64,000 nucleotides of DNA. It comes from Rhizodiscina lignyota (Eukaryota). The stretch covers positions 1,984,001-2,048,000 of the forward strand of contig ML978125.1 in assembly GCA_010015805.1 (NCBI GenBank). Direction: 5' to 3'. Below are positions 1-12,734 of the stretch, in pieces; positions within the stretch are counted from its first letter, which is position 1; each line of letters begins with the position of its first letter. The translations under genes were made by a program, and so were the position numbers. The notes under the pieces were generated by a model that was not told where the DNA came from, did no database searches, and saw only the letters and a list, made by a program, of their open reading frames with translations.

Positions 1-518
1 TTTCCTGTGAGGGGCATCAACACATGATGCGTTTCATTCCACACATGTTCCCTCGTCGTTGCGTTACAAAATCGACAGGTAAAGGTCGCCTCCTTAAACA
101 TAATACCCCAAAATCCATTGAACATAGCATGGCTTACAAGTGATAGAGGAGGCAGAGGGATCCGCCTATGCAGGCGTTCTGGAACGAAGAGCGACGGGGC
201 AAGAGGCTGTTGATAGAGCGACAAGTCAAGAGGTTGTCCAACGAGCGACAGGATAAGAGGCTCCCGATAGAGCGACAGGGCAAGAGGTCGCCGATAGCGT
301 GACTCCACAATATGCGAATCAAGGTCTTCAATGTAACGCTCATAAACCTTATTGCGAAGCTCGGCTGGCAGCCTCGCAAATGGGAAATGTTTTGACGAGG
401 TTTTCGTAGACGACATTTTAGTCACGTCGGTTGAAGAAACAGCAGCGTCCGATTCAAATACTGACCGCCTTCCCTTTTGCTGCTTGCTTCTTTGGGCGGC
501 TATGGCATGCTCGCCCAT
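1..518 (-). CDS. F-box-like (2EXR-type N-terminal motif) hypothetical protein, 3' end runs off the window; paralogue of 737..1705
   Basis: Not in the ORF track because it has no stop in the window. Manual translation from ATG 518 (or ATG 416): MGEHAIAAQ...MSSTKTSSKHFPFARLPAELRNKVYERY...PPLSLVSHAMFNGFWGIMFKEATFTCRF..., open to position 1. F-x-x-LP-x-ELR-N-x-[VI]Y motif. Confidence 0.75.
   Translation of the reverse strand, partial: MGEHAIAAQRSKQQKGRRSVFESDAAVSSTDVTKMSSTKTSSKHFPFARLPAELRNKVYERYIEDLDSHIVESRYRRPLALSLYREPLILSLVGQPLDLSLYQQPLAPSLFVPERLHRRIPLPPLSLVSHAMFNGFWGIMFKEATFTCRFCNATTREHVWNETHHVLMPLTG
189..296. repeat. 4 x 27-bp degenerate in-frame tandem repeat inside the F-box-like gene
   Basis: Units start at 189, 216, 243 and 270, all GAGCGAC-N4-5-AAGAGG-N; on the minus strand they encode YRRPLALSL/YREPLILSL/VGQPLDLSL/YQQPLAPSL. 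Confidence 0.9.
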
Positions 519-736
519 CGTAAGTCGCGAAAAGCAGCCCAAGAAGCCGAAAGAGAACCCGCCGCAAAGGGGTTAGTTAATCACAGGCGGAAAGAGTTTG
601 GTAAGCGTCGGAACCTTTGCACTTTGGTATGCACTCTTGCCTAATGTATGCTAAATTTGTCCAGTGTAGAGCTCGTCAACCTCACTTCCATTCGCCTCAC
701 AAATCCTTTCAATCCTGACCGAGCCTCTTTCTCTGC

Positions 737-1705
737 TCACGTCAGCGTTCCGGAAGCACTGCCGCTGCGACCGATCCTTCCTGTGAGAGTCGTCCAGTAA
801 TCCTCCCACTCCACACCACGGGTGGCGCAATGATGCTCGAGCCATTGTGCGATTGCTTGGTTCGCGGCCGGGATGGGGTAGTTCCACCGAACTGTCACGT
901 CCAGGCGGAATTTCTGCTTGGCCTCGACAATACTCTCAATCAGAGAGCACAGCAAGTCTTGCTGCGTCGGCGCGCCGCTGTTGCCGGGGAAGCTGAACTC
1001 CTTGACATGGCGCGTGAAGAAGTCGCGTAAATCGATGATGATGGTCCGGTTCTTCGGCGGGTCTTCCTTGGGCTCATGAGAATCTCTGGACTTCAGAAGA
1101 TCTCCCTGGAACTTTGTGGGACCTCCCTTGATCTTTGGACGAATCGCTTTAGCACTTGGAGCTTCTTTTTTGCGCGACTCCAGAGGCTCGTTGTACTCAG
1201 ATAAAGCAGAGATCCTAACAACTTCACAGATTCTTTTCAGTATCTCTCGAACGACTCCCGGATAGCTCGCGTCGTCTTGAACTCCTTTAAACGCCACAAC
1301 GTCTATGCTCACTTGCTGGGCTCTTTTGAGACTATTGAGCGTAGTCTGCTGGCGCGAAGAACCGTTGTATAGCGATTCCTGGGTGCTGTGGGTGCTACGC
1401 TCGTACTCAGCGCTTCCAAGGGTGTAAGTGTACCGGCAGTTGAACGTCATCTGGCGAAATATGATGCTCGCGAGCTCACTGGAGACCTGTTTGTTGACGC
1501 GTAGCATTGGAGGGGAAAAGAGCTGTCGCATGAATGAATCGTCGCCGCCGAAAGTACGAAGGACAAGAGATCGTGGGTTGCCGTGTTTTGTACCCCGCAA
1601 CGATATCTCGTGGAGGTAGCACTCATAGATGGCATTGCGAAGCTCAGCTGGGAGGTCAAGGAAGGACTCGATCTTCTGAGGCTCCATGGTCGTTGTCTTC
1701 TCCAT
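737..1705 (-). CDS. F-box-like (2EXR-type motif) hypothetical protein, single exon, 322 aa
   Basis: SFLDLPAELRNAIYE followed by PPMLRVNKQVSSE, a motif pair typical of a large fungal family of F-box-like hypothetical proteins. Confidence 0.75.
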   Translation of the reverse strand: MEKTTTMEPQKIESFLDLPAELRNAIYECYLHEISLRGTKHGNPRSLVLRTFGGDDSFMRQLFSPPMLRVNKQVSSELASIIFRQMTFNCRYTYTLGSAEYERSTHSTQESLYNGSSRQQTTLNSLKRAQQVSIDVVAFKGVQDDASYPGVVREILKRICEVVRISALSEYNEPLESRKKEAPSAKAIRPKIKGGPTKFQGDLLKSRDSHEPKEDPPKNRTIIIDLRDFFTRHVKEFSFPGNSGAPTQQDLLCSLIESIVEAKQKFRLDVTVRWNYPIPAANQAIAQWLEHHCATRGVEWEDYWTTLTGRIGRSGSASGTLT

Positions 1706-2286
1706 CGATGTGCGTATACAGGTTAAGGTTCGAGAGGAATGTGCGAGGATTTTAAACGATTCCTAGGTGTTTGTGGATTGGCTGCGTGATGTGTTTGGTT
1801 TGGTGTTTGGGTTCAAAGTTTTCGAAGTATCACATGCTCCTTCCCGCGTTCCCGTCAAGTCACTGTGAACCTTAAGGCTGACGGCTGGCAGTGGCTCGGC
1901 CCGCATCCCTCCAACCTCCACCGGACTCGAGATATCAAGCCAGAATTCCTTGGAGATCGATGGCCATGTGGCGGTGCTCTTAATCAAGTCCGTTTCCGGA
2001 AGAAAGGCACGAGACTCGGCAACGCGCTGAGAGCCACACTTCTAAAGCAAAAAGAGTGTGTTGGTGGCACTAATGAGATTCAAGGTTTGAATTATGTGGC
2101 CGGTACGTATAAGTGGCGTAAAATAAGAGGCATTTATTTCCTAAATCTCATATTGTTAACTTTTCGCTTCTAAGATGTCTCCCTCATGCGGTTTTCCCTT
2201 GGAATGCAAACCTCGCAAACATGCCACATGGACATGCGCATGCGTAACTCCAATCTATGCGGCCCGACCCATGGAATGCGGCGGAT

Positions 2287-3938
2287 CTAAGATCTTTCTA
2301 ATTCCAGTCCAATCTCATCAATTGCTTTTACCAATCCTTCGACCGTCCCTCTCTTCGTTTGTCCACTAACGACGACCCTGAAGAATTTTCCGTTCTCACC
2401 AGGTGCATAGTCTATTAACCATCCTTTTGGTACCAATCTACCCACTATCTTCGCCGTCAAATTCCCATTATGCTCTTTTTCTAGTCCCAACTTGCCGTCT
2501 TTCGCCCAATAGAAGCAAACTTGCAAACACGGCAGCAGCCTCCTGCTGACTATGACGAAGTTTCCATGCTTCTCAAGCAGATCATGTAGATAGTTTGCCC
2601 TGTCGAACGCACCCTCGATCATGTCCCGGTAGTACCGCGCTCCGTAGTACGTCCAGCCCAAAAACATCTTCAAACTCTCGCCCTTTCGTCCGCACTGCGG
2701 TGTCAAGTCTGCCAGATCGTATATGTCGTCGAAGCTCGGCTCGTTATTCGTATTATGGAAAAGATATCCCGCGGGGAGCGTCATCGCCCTCCAAAACTGC
2801 CGCATGTCCTTGCCCAGCAAGAAGCTACACGTTAGAGGGACACCCAACATCTTATGCGGCGTCACGGCGATACTATCCGCTCTCTGCACACCCTTCAGCC
2901 TGCCTTCTTCGAACGCGAGGCGTTGGCTGAAGACGACAGGGCCGCCCCACGACCCGTCAACATGCATCCAGAGACCATGCTTCTCACAGACGTCCGCGAT
3001 GTCATCGAAGGGATCGAAGCTGCCCATCACCGTCGTGCCGGCTGTAGCATTAACATAGAACGGCGTCTTGCCCTCGCTCTTAGCCTTCTCAATCGCCTCG
3101 TCCAACTTCTCGGCTCTCATCCTGCCGTGCTCGTCCACTTCCACAGCGACCACAGCGCGCGATCCGAATCCGAACATCTGCGCCGCCTTCTCAACACTAT
3201 AGTGCCCATGCGCCGACGTGAACAACACAAACCTCCTGTCTCCGTTACCCTCATCCTTTGTCTCGGGGAACATCACATTCCGCGCGATGACGATGCTCGA
3301 CTGGTTCGACGCGCTGCCGCCAGGCTGGCTGATACCGCCGGCATGAGGGCCAGTGAAGCCAAAGAGCGATGCGAGGTGCCGCGTAGTCGACTTCTCGACG
3401 AGGGTGAGGACAGGCGAGACGGTAAAGACGTGCACGTTCGTGTTGAGAACCGCGAGGAGGAGCTCCGAGAGTAGGCCGACAGCGTTGGTGCTGGCGTACA
3501 ACTTGTCCATGAAGCCCTGGTCCCATGTGTTCACGCTGTACTGCAGCACCGACCTTACCGTCCGTAACAAGCCCACCTTCCCCACGCCATACTCTGGCAG
3601 CTCGAGCTCGTCACGTAATATGTTCTGCAACTTCTGCGGTGGGTGGTATTCTACAAGCGCAGTCCGAGGGGCGTTGCCTGCGATTGCGAGGCCATGGCCG
3701 GACGACTTCGACTCGGCATCGTTGTCCGCTGCGCGAATGAACGGTATTATTTCGTCTAGGAGAGCTTTAAGGAGCTGTACGAGCCATGTAATTAGCTTTG
3801 CGCTTTAAGCACTCAACTGTGGCGTTGCAAAATAGAAGTGATACAGACATCTTCGACCTCGTCCGCTCTGTTCAGTGGGGCATCGACATTCTTCTCGGCA
3901 GCCGAGTATCTGCCATTGGACACGCCATTGGAAGTCAT
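2287..3938 (-). CDS. Group II PLP-dependent decarboxylase (glutamate/cysteine-sulfinate/aspartate decarboxylase-like)
   Basis: Exon 1 from ATG 3938, intron 3775-3848. Motifs HYSVEKAA, ATAGTTVMGSFDP, WMHVDGSWGG and TPHKML (PLP lysine). Confidence 0.9.
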
Positions 3939-4482
3939 CCTACGCTCCAAAATCTACAAAAGAAAAGTTGAAAAAGCAAATGGCACCTTGATCGGGTCTC
4001 AGAATACATTTCAAGAAGCCCATATTTCAACCCGATTCCAACCCAATGGTGACGCAAAGGCGCCATTCCCATTGCACATCATGCCATCCAAACTTTTTCG
4101 ACTAACGGACCAGGGGGCCCACTCCCCTGCCGCTGATCTCCCCCGTCGTAGAGGCTAAATTTGCTCAGCCAGGCGTGCCAGGGTATCAAATGCTGGGGAA
4201 TAAGAGATGGGGCAGTTGTACGGATTGCCGGAGATGGTGAGTAGCGAGGAGTGGGTGCTGAAGAATGGACTAAGATGCAGAAATCGTCGACTTCGCTGTG
4301 TTAAACGTATACGGAGTATGTCAATTTCGACTGTCCTTGTCCATGCTGAGATTTCAATTTCTCAAGCGTGATGCTACTACATTGACATTCAAATTACCCG
4401 CTCTCCTCTTGCTTGCTTAGTATCAACAATTCCCCAATATCACAGGTCTGCCGCCTCAAGCTCATGGTTCTCTTTCAGACCA

Positions 4483-6770
4483 TCATTCCTCCCTCGCTTT
4501 CCCTTTCCCTTTCCCTTTCCCTTTTGAGTCTTCCTCTCCATGACTCTCCCTTCTCTTCTTCTTCTCTTTGTTTTCCTTGTCCTTGGCGTCCCTCGCCTTC
4601 TGCGCAGCGTGCTTCTCCCTAGCCAGCTCAATCGGCGTCTTCTTCTTCCCGCCCACTACCTCTCCAGCACGTCCTGCCTTTGCCGCCGAGCTCGCGGGAG
4701 CCGGACTCCCGACGCCAAATCCGTCCTCAGGGAATCCGATGAAGCCCTCACTGCCCGCGCTCTCTCTGCACTTTGCAACCCACTCACCTCTCCGTCTCCT
4801 CCAAAGGTCCATCTCCCACCTTCGCCATACATGCCTGCCCACGCCTGACTCCCTTAGACTGGCCTCATTCTCCGCCAGCTCTTCGGCGATGCGCTCTCTG
4901 ATGAACGCCAGCCCTCCGGTGCCGTTCCAGATTGCGTCGATGACTCTCGACGCACTCGGGTCGAGCGCCATCGCGCCAATCTGCCCGTAGAAATTCTGGA
5001 TCAGCTTGCGACGGAAAATGACCGTCGCAAACGGGCTCGTGAGCGCGGCTTGTATTACGCGCGACGACGACGGGTCGTGCGCGGCTTTTAGGCTCAGGGT
5101 AGGCGGGAGGCGGAGCATTCCGGTGAAGATGAGCTCGGAAAGGGAGCCGGGGATGGTGAGCATTGTCTGGGCAAGGAGACTGCTGTGCACCTTTTCGGAC
5201 GCTGATTGTGGCGTTGGAATGGACTTGGATGAGGCGGTTGTCGGTGAAGGTGGACCAACGCCAGATGCTTCGGAAGCGTGGCGGCTGTCTGCTAAACGGA
5301 GGAGACGCGCAATGTCGAATCCGTTTGGACCAGTGTAGGCTGCTCCGATGGCGGATGCGAGAGGACTGGTTTCTATTCCGCGTACGCCGCATCTTTCGAT
5401 GAGTGTTTTGACAGGTGCGGTGCGATTCTTTTCCACGAGATTGCTGATCTGTGGGATCATAGCATCAACCGCCTCTTGCAGGTCGTCCTTGCCGAGGCGT
5501 TCGACAATTTTGCAGACAACGTAGCTGGCAATTTCATTTCGAGCAAGGGTTGGTAGTCGCTCCTTAAAGAATTGCCTATAGAGATTTTTGAAGAGCTTGC
5601 CTGGGGCATGTTCGACTATTGCTTCTAGCAGACGAGAGCCAATAGGATCGTAGATGAGTCCGTTGATGAAGGTTGCACTTTCTGATTCCGCAGTGATAGG
5701 GTCATCAGGGAGAAGTTTACGAATTAATGACGTCTCATCTTTGGCGCGTTGCTTCCCGAAATGTGACAGTTCCATTTGTAAAAGTAACTGCAAAACGGGA
5801 TTACCGACTTGATGCGTTGCAAGCGCGCGAAGATAAGTGGTTTCAAGACCAGAGACGCACTCATTGATCAGCTTCTCGAGAGCAGTATAGAAAGAGTCTG
5901 GAACGACGCGCTGTTCGAGGATCAACTCTTGATGTGTGTCAATGCCATTGACAGATATATGCTCCTTCTTTTTGCTTTGCACTTTCTTTCGGGAGGTAGG
6001 GGTCAGGGATTGGCCAGAGAGTACAACCAGAAGAACACGCAACGTATGCGATGCGAATTTGTCCGTCATGAGATACCCAACGTAACCCTCGAGCTCGTTG
6101 ATTGTGTGCAGAAACAGGTTCTCCATCGATTCCACCACTTGGTTTGGATCGCCATTGTCTTGTATAATTGGACCACCGGATGTGAGCTCTTGGGACACGA
6201 GCGGCGCGGATTGTATGAAGAGCGCTTCGCAGCAGTGAGAGGCGAATCGATGTTGGACGAGATGAAGGAAGCTATGGGCCAAATTAGCAGCCACGTTGCT
6301 GAAAGGATGCGAATCACTAACTGTCCGCTGAATTTCTGAAACAGGCCCTTGAGCTGGCCAGGCGATGATAGTAGAATTAACCTCTCTAGTAGCCGCGAAG
6401 AAGACTGGCTGTTAGCCAATCTCAATTCTTTGCCTTCAGCTTCCCGGTATACGTTCGCAAGAAATACACCGCGCTCCTCAGGCCCTTCGAATTGATTCAG
6501 CTCCAGCAAGTCGTCTGCCCTTTTGAAGTATTCCTGCTCCTCCTCATCCAACAGGCCGTAGAAAGGTGTCTCAGCGGGGCCCAATGGTCGATTTGGTGCA
6601 GATGCATCGTGCTCATCGTAGACTTCGGTGCTATGCAGGTACTCCAAACCGCCCTCGTCGGCGTTGAACGGCTTCTGTCGCTTGCGCTGGTGCTCATCGG
6701 CAGCTTCTGCCTCTGCCTTCCGCTTCTTCCTCTCTTGACGCGGGCCGCGCTTCTTGCGCTCGCGAGGCAT
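4483..6770 (-). CDS. NOP9: Nucleolar protein 9 (Pumilio-repeat 18S rRNA maturation factor)
   Basis: MPRERKKRG start, [26 protein letters not shown]; intron 6272-6321 joins [19 protein letters not shown]; further PUF-like repeats ([20 protein letters not shown]). Confidence 0.93.
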
Positions 6771-7724
6771 GTCGTCGACAGATTATTGGATGGAAGGTGT
6801 AGTTTGGATGGACAAGAGGGAGAGGTTGTGTGCCAGGTGTGGCCGGTCCGCGGCCGTGGTAATGGAGCGGCGATCGGGCCCGCATATATACTCCGGATGG
6901 GGAAAAGAGAGGGAGTTTGGGCAGCGCTCGAAATGGTCTGGGGGCGCCAGCACAGGGTAACAGAAGATATTGCGTGGTGTTTGCCAATGCAATGCGGTGC
7001 GAGAGGCGGAGGTGCGCCCGCTACCGAGTATAGTCGATGCGAGGAATGAGCGGGTCAATGCGAGCTTCGTCAGGCCACTTTTGAGTTTGGGCAACGCTGC
7101 TTTGGTAAGGCGAGTAAGGCAGCGTGCATGCAGCTGGACGAGTTGTGGAAAAAACGTGCCAAATTTTCGCGGTGCGCCCTCGCTCGATTGCCGGGGTGAA
7201 GATCTCTGATCAAGATCGGGGCGGTACCCCAGTCCGAGCCAATGAGAGCACCGGTCCATCTCGCACACCCTGCCAGCCGTTGACGTCCCTGCACACCCCC
7301 GATATGCCGCCAGATGCGACGGGGGTGAGCGCCTGTACCGCCACCCACACCACCAATTACCGCCGGCCTCGTTAGATATGGCTTGGTGAGGTGCGCTGCA
7401 CGCCCAGTCACGCCAGCAAGGGAGTTGTGGCACAATTGCCATCCAAGAATGTCTTTGCCATGTGGAGCGCACGTGGCACGGAGGTGACTGGGCAGCCACC
7501 GCACATGTCGACCTGTCCACTCTCCGCAACCACCTACCACTCAACCCGCGCTGCAGCAGCAATCCTCTCCTGCAATTTGCATGACTTCCGCTTTATTGAG
7601 CCACAATCGGGCCACGAGGGCAAGCGAGCTGCAGCTGCAGCAGGCTGAAGACGGCTCGCCTTCTGGAATTCCCTCTCTTCTCACTCCTCTCGTCGTCTCT
7701 TGTTGACCTGTGGAACCGCGCAAC

Positions 7725-10404
7725 ATGCCGGCCGCGCTGGTCGAGCGACCCGGAGCGAGAGACGCTAGAGTCGGGGATTATCTTGACGATAAGCTGCAGA
7801 CCACGGCCGACCTGCAGGACTTGGACGACTTGATCAGCAGCGTCGGACAGCAGCATGAACTGCTCAAGCGTCAGGTATGCCTTCCTTGCCAAGCCTACAA
7901 CGCTCTGCCACACGAGCTGCCATTGACGCTTCGTGTAGCTAGTAGATGCCGAGAAAGACCTCAATGGGGCAAAGACTGCGTATCAGAAGCACTCCACGAG
8001 CATTCAAGCACGTGGAGAGCAGTTTATACGCGACCAAGATGGCATCGACCGCAGACTCCAGATCATCACCCAGTCCGAGACGAGCGATGAGGCGGTGCGG
8101 AAGTTCGAGGCTAGCATGGACAAACTACGCCAGTTAGACATCACAGCAGGTTACGTCGAACTTCTGAAAGAGGTAGACTCGCTAAAGTACGTTGGATCCC
8201 GAGCTCGTATGATGGAGTTCTGACGGCTATATTCTACAGCAACGAATCGCTCTCTAAGCTGGGCACTGCAGATGCAGCCTCACTCGACGCCTATCGCCGC
8301 CTACAGACGCTCAAGACAAGCCTCGGACCCTTGCAAGATGCTGCCGAAGGTGCTGCGCCGCATCTTCTCGATCACATCTCAAATGTGACACGTACTCTGC
8401 ACGACCGCATCCGCTCGGCATTCTCCGCACAAATGGAGTCGGTTCTGAAAAAAGTATACTGGCCACGCGAGGATGCGTCTATCCCGCCTGGCTTGCAGCA
8501 ACAGTGGAACGATAGCGTAAGCAAGCTGCTGGAGCTGCAGATGCCGGAGCTGGAGGCTGCGGAGGCTGCTGCCGACGAGGCTAGAAATGCTGGTGCAGCC
8601 ACCGCACGTGGAGAAGGGCCACGTGGGCTGCTGCCCATGCAGGTCCTCGTGCATTCATTGGAGCTAAAATTCCGATATCACTTTGAGGGAGACAAACCAA
8701 CGAATAGGCTCGATCGGCCCGAGTACTTCCTGCAGTTCGCTACAGAGAATATTCTCAGTACGTACAATGGCTTCATTACCGAATTCGTCCAACCGATTCT
8801 CCTTCGCAAGCTTCGCGGTCGAGTAGGCATGAACCCTGTCTACATTGATGCAACGTCTGCATTCATCACAGCTATCCTACCAATGGTCCGTACGAAAATC
8901 TTCTCGGTTATTCCACGCGTTCAGAATCAGCCACAATTGCTGAGTCACACTATCCATGAGATAATGAAATTCGATTCGACAATCCGAGAGGAATGGGGTT
9001 ACGACGGCGGTTACGGTGAGGATGGATGGAAAGGTCTGGTGTGGGAAGTGCTCGTCCTCAAAGACTGGTTTCCCAAATGGCTCCAGGTTGAGAAGGATTG
9101 TGGGTCTCTGCGTTTTATCAACTCTAGCAATTATATCGCTGACATGCTCTACCACAGTTGCTCTCGCTCGCTATCAGACCATCATCGATGATCCCTTCAC
9201 AGGGGAGCTCGATTTCGACTCCCTTGGCCAGGGCGAAACAAAGCCCACCAAAGCCGCCATCCGTGTCAACGACCTTCTTGAAACAATCACTGACCGCTAC
9301 CGTGATCTACCCTCATTCACACAGAAACTACGCTTTTTAATCGACATTCAAATTTCCATCTTCGACCGCTTCCACTCACGGCTCCATGGCTCTCTCGAAG
9401 CCTACCTGACCATGACGTCCAGTCTCGGCCGAACTGTCCAAGGCATCTCTCGCGAGGAGCAGGAGAAGCTGCAAGGCGTCGCAGGTCTCGACCGTCTCTG
9501 CCGCGTCTACGGCTCTGCAGAGTATCTGGAAAGAATGATGCGCGACTGGAGCGATGACGTCTTCTTCCTCGACCTCTACACCGAGCTGCAAGACCGTGCG
9601 AAAAACCGCCACCGCCGCGGCCAAGCGTCTCGAGCGTTTGCAGGCGATTTGAGCGTCTCGCAGGTCGCTGAGCGCACCTCTGCTGCCGTCGTCTCAGAAG
9701 ACGGCGGGGACGGCGGCGCGCTGTTCGACGAGACTGCCGCGGCGTACAGCCGGCTTCGAGTGCGTAGTGAGGGCATCATCGTTGATGTGCTGCAACATAA
9801 TGTCCGCGAAGCATTGCGTGGGTACCGCTCAATCAATCCGTGGGCGTCGCTCTCGTCTTCGGCTTCGGGCCAGTCCTCAACGACGCCGGAGCTGCAGCCG
9901 CTGCTGGAGCATCTGTCCTCGTCATTGGTCTTCCTACATCGCGCGCTGGGCATAGCACCGCTGAGGAGGATTGCACGACAGATGCTGTTCGCTGTGGATG
10001 AGAGCATATTCCATCACGTCCTGTTCCGACGTAACTTCTCGACGCAGGGAGCGAACCAGCTGAAAATGGACGTCACCGCCATCGTCGGCGTGGTGGAGCG
10101 CAGCCTCGGCGGCGACAGGGGCGTCGATGTCCTCGTCGAGTCTGGCCTGGGTCGTCTGCTCGAGGCCGTGAGGCTCGTCGGCTTGCCTGTCAGGGGCGGT
10201 GGGACCTTTGCCGAGACGGTTGTGGAAGAGGAAGATGTGATGAGTGAGGATGGGAGGAGTGGGCTCGGCCTGTGGCAGGTGGAGAAGAGACTTTTTGCGG
10301 ATAATGAAAGCGCGAGGGGTGTGCTGGAGGAGCTTGGGATGGGGAGGCTGAGCGAGCAGGAGGCCAGGGGCGTGCTGGAGAGGAGGGTAGAGCTTGGCGG
10401 ATAG
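7725..10404 (+). CDS. TIP20: RINT-1/TIP20 family Dsl1 tethering-complex subunit
   Basis: ATG 7725 (RVGDYLDDKLQT); three introns near 7875-7938, 8187-8239 and 9100-9157; FRYHFEGDKPTNRLDRPEYF, LLSHTIHE, KLRFLIDIQI, DWSDDVFFLDL. Confidence 0.9.
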
Positions 10405-11074
10405 ATTTAGAAATGGGGGTGAATATAGGGGTTGGAGGGAGCACTATTCGAGAAGCCTAATGACAACATAGGGGGGAGACTAACAAAATGCGCTTGGTCG
10501 CTCCCCAACTTTATCTCTCATAACCAAAACTACACGTATGTAGGCTGTAGAGTCACGATACACCGTGCCAGCAGCCTACCATTTTATCAATCTCTAGAGT
10601 TCACAGTGCAGCCCTGTCTCATTTTGGGAGGTAACTTCATTCATCGAACCGTGCTCGACGCAACTTTTAGATTGACTATTGATTGACTTTTCTTGTTTGC
10701 TCTGACGCTCTTTTGCGTCTTCTTCAGAACTCGTATGGTGGAACCCGTGCTTCTCGAGCATAGCGAGGTCACGTCGACCCTCTCAGCGTTCTCATATCCC
10801 AGAAACCAGACGCCCATTCCATGCCATTACAATAAAAAGCACTCACTCTCCAGCTGCAGTCAAAGCAACAAAAACCCCAGCTCGTCCCAAAAGGCGCCAA
10901 ACCCACTCTATCCCATACCCAAGGTCATGCAAGCGAGTGTGGAATCTCCCTCAAGCAACGTATATTAACCCCCAAGCCATGCAGGACACAAAAAAGGAAA
11001 GCGGAATCGCGGGATTCCCGTAGCTCTCATCCCTACTGTTCTCGTCGAATCGAAAAGTGCAAAGGGGTCGGTCG

Positions 11075-12734
11075 TCAGCGAATGTCCAGCTGGAACGGCT
11101 TGAAGCGCCCTCCCAACGCCCCACACCTTGGGCATCTCGCGCCCCTTCCCCTCCTCTGCTCCACGCCAATCGCGTCGACGCAGTCCTGGCACAGGCCGCA
11201 GATGCACTCGGTGCACGCGTAGCTCTTCTTCAGCGCCGTGACGCGCTGGCAGCCCGCACAGTATATCTGCACCGGGTGGCTGCTCGTCGGACTGCTGTCG
11301 CTCAGGCCCTGGCTTGGGATGTGGAAGTTTGCGCCGGACATGGCAGAGAGGGAGGAGTCGATTGAGGACTCGACGGAGGGGAAGGGGATGAGGTCCGCGT
11401 TCGGGTCGGTGGTCGCAGTCTGCGGCGGGGGTGTCATTTCGCGCTGCAAGGGGGAGGCGGTGTACGATTGGAGGTGGGAATTCATGTACGGCGGGAGAGA
11501 GGAGCGATTGAACATGTGCGGAGAGGTAGGGGCGGCGACCTGTATTTCGGTCAAGTCAGCGACCAACAGCTCGTAACAAGATGGCTCGTTGTATAGCGGC
11601 GAGTTTACAGGAGTCCTGTCGCGACTGTCCTCGCGCTCCCGAATGTCTTCTTCGGTGGCAGAGGCAGCCGCGTCTATGAGGTCTTCCCAGCGCTTGCCAA
11701 ACACTGCTGCTTGAGGCTCAGCAGAGTATGCTTTGCGGTCGTGCGAGAAGCGCTTGTTCTGCAACTCCTTCGACTTTGTGCGCTCATGTTTCGGCTTGCG
11801 CGCATTTTGTCCTACGGAAGTTTTTCGCGGTCTGTTTGGTTTGACGGGTCGATTGCCAGGGGGGAGGGTGGACGAGCGGCCGGGAGGGGATCTGGCGAGC
11901 GACGACGGCAACAGCTCTCGACGCGGCGCACCGCCCAAGTCGGGGTGAATGTACTGGTCATCGTCGAATATTTGTTCGTCTTCGTTCAAGAGTGGCGCAA
12001 ACCGAGCTCGACGGTTTTTCTTGTACCCCTCGGCATCAGAGAAGGCCTCCTATGTAAGCAAATCGCGTTATCGATAAACCCCTCCTCCAACAAATGGTGG
12101 GATGATTCAAATCGAGCTGCATACCTGCTCAGACTCCCAACCTGGCTCGGCGCGGAAATTATGCAATTGTGCTAGGGCTGCAGCAGCACTCTCGACTGGA
12201 AGTAGAGAGCCTCTCCTGTACTCGTCTGAGGATCGGGGGGTGGTGCCGATGTTGTAGTCGTCAGCGTAGTAAGCTCTGTTCTGGTACGCTGTGATGGATT
12301 AGAGTTCACGCGTGGCATTGGGTGGCGATTGTGTATACCTGAAGGGTCTTGCGAAATGTACGATGAGGACGAGGGCGCAGGAGGAGGTGGGCGTTCAGAT
12401 GGCGGCGTGTTGACCATCAAGTGGAAGCTTTCCTCGGTCGCCGGAAGCTTGGATATGTAGTGCTCAGGATGCGCTCTGCGGATGTGCTCCTGCATCGACC
12501 GATACCGTTTTTCCTATACCGAAATGTCCATGTGAGTTTGTATACTTTGAGAGGTGTGGAGGAGCATGGGATGGCAATCGATTCGGGTCCAGCGAGACAA
12601 AGGAGACTGAGACTCACGCCGAAGCAGCGCTTGCGACAGCTCGAGCCATCGTGATTCTTGAGCGGGCAGACGACGACATTGTTGGCGTCGGAGACGGAGA
12701 ATGAGCTCTGGAGGTTGGAGGATCTCGGCGGCAT
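11075..12734 (-). CDS. Conserved fungal protein with N-terminal C2H2-like motif and C-terminal RING-like zinc finger
   Basis: Multi-exon: MPPRSS...CPLKNHDGSSCRKRC|EKRYRSMQEHIRRAH...KRWEDLIDAAASA...CAGC-x10-CTECICGLCQDC...CPRC. Confidence 0.8.

Noticed and set aside
189..296. CRISPR-like array
   Set aside because: Eukaryotic locus; contiguous degenerate 27-bp coding repeats without unique spacers.
134..379. 81-aa ORF with LLxCRS repeats as a peptide precursor
   Set aside because: It is an alternative frame of the repeat; the frame with the F-box-like motif and paralogue similarity is the credible one.
4495..4525. (TTTCCC)n microsatellite
   Set aside because: Simply encodes the KGKGKGK tail of Nop9.
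6783..7562. 259-aa and 156-aa ORFs between NOP9 and TIP20
   Set aside because: GC-rich divergent promoter, non-ATG starts, no recognisable motifs.
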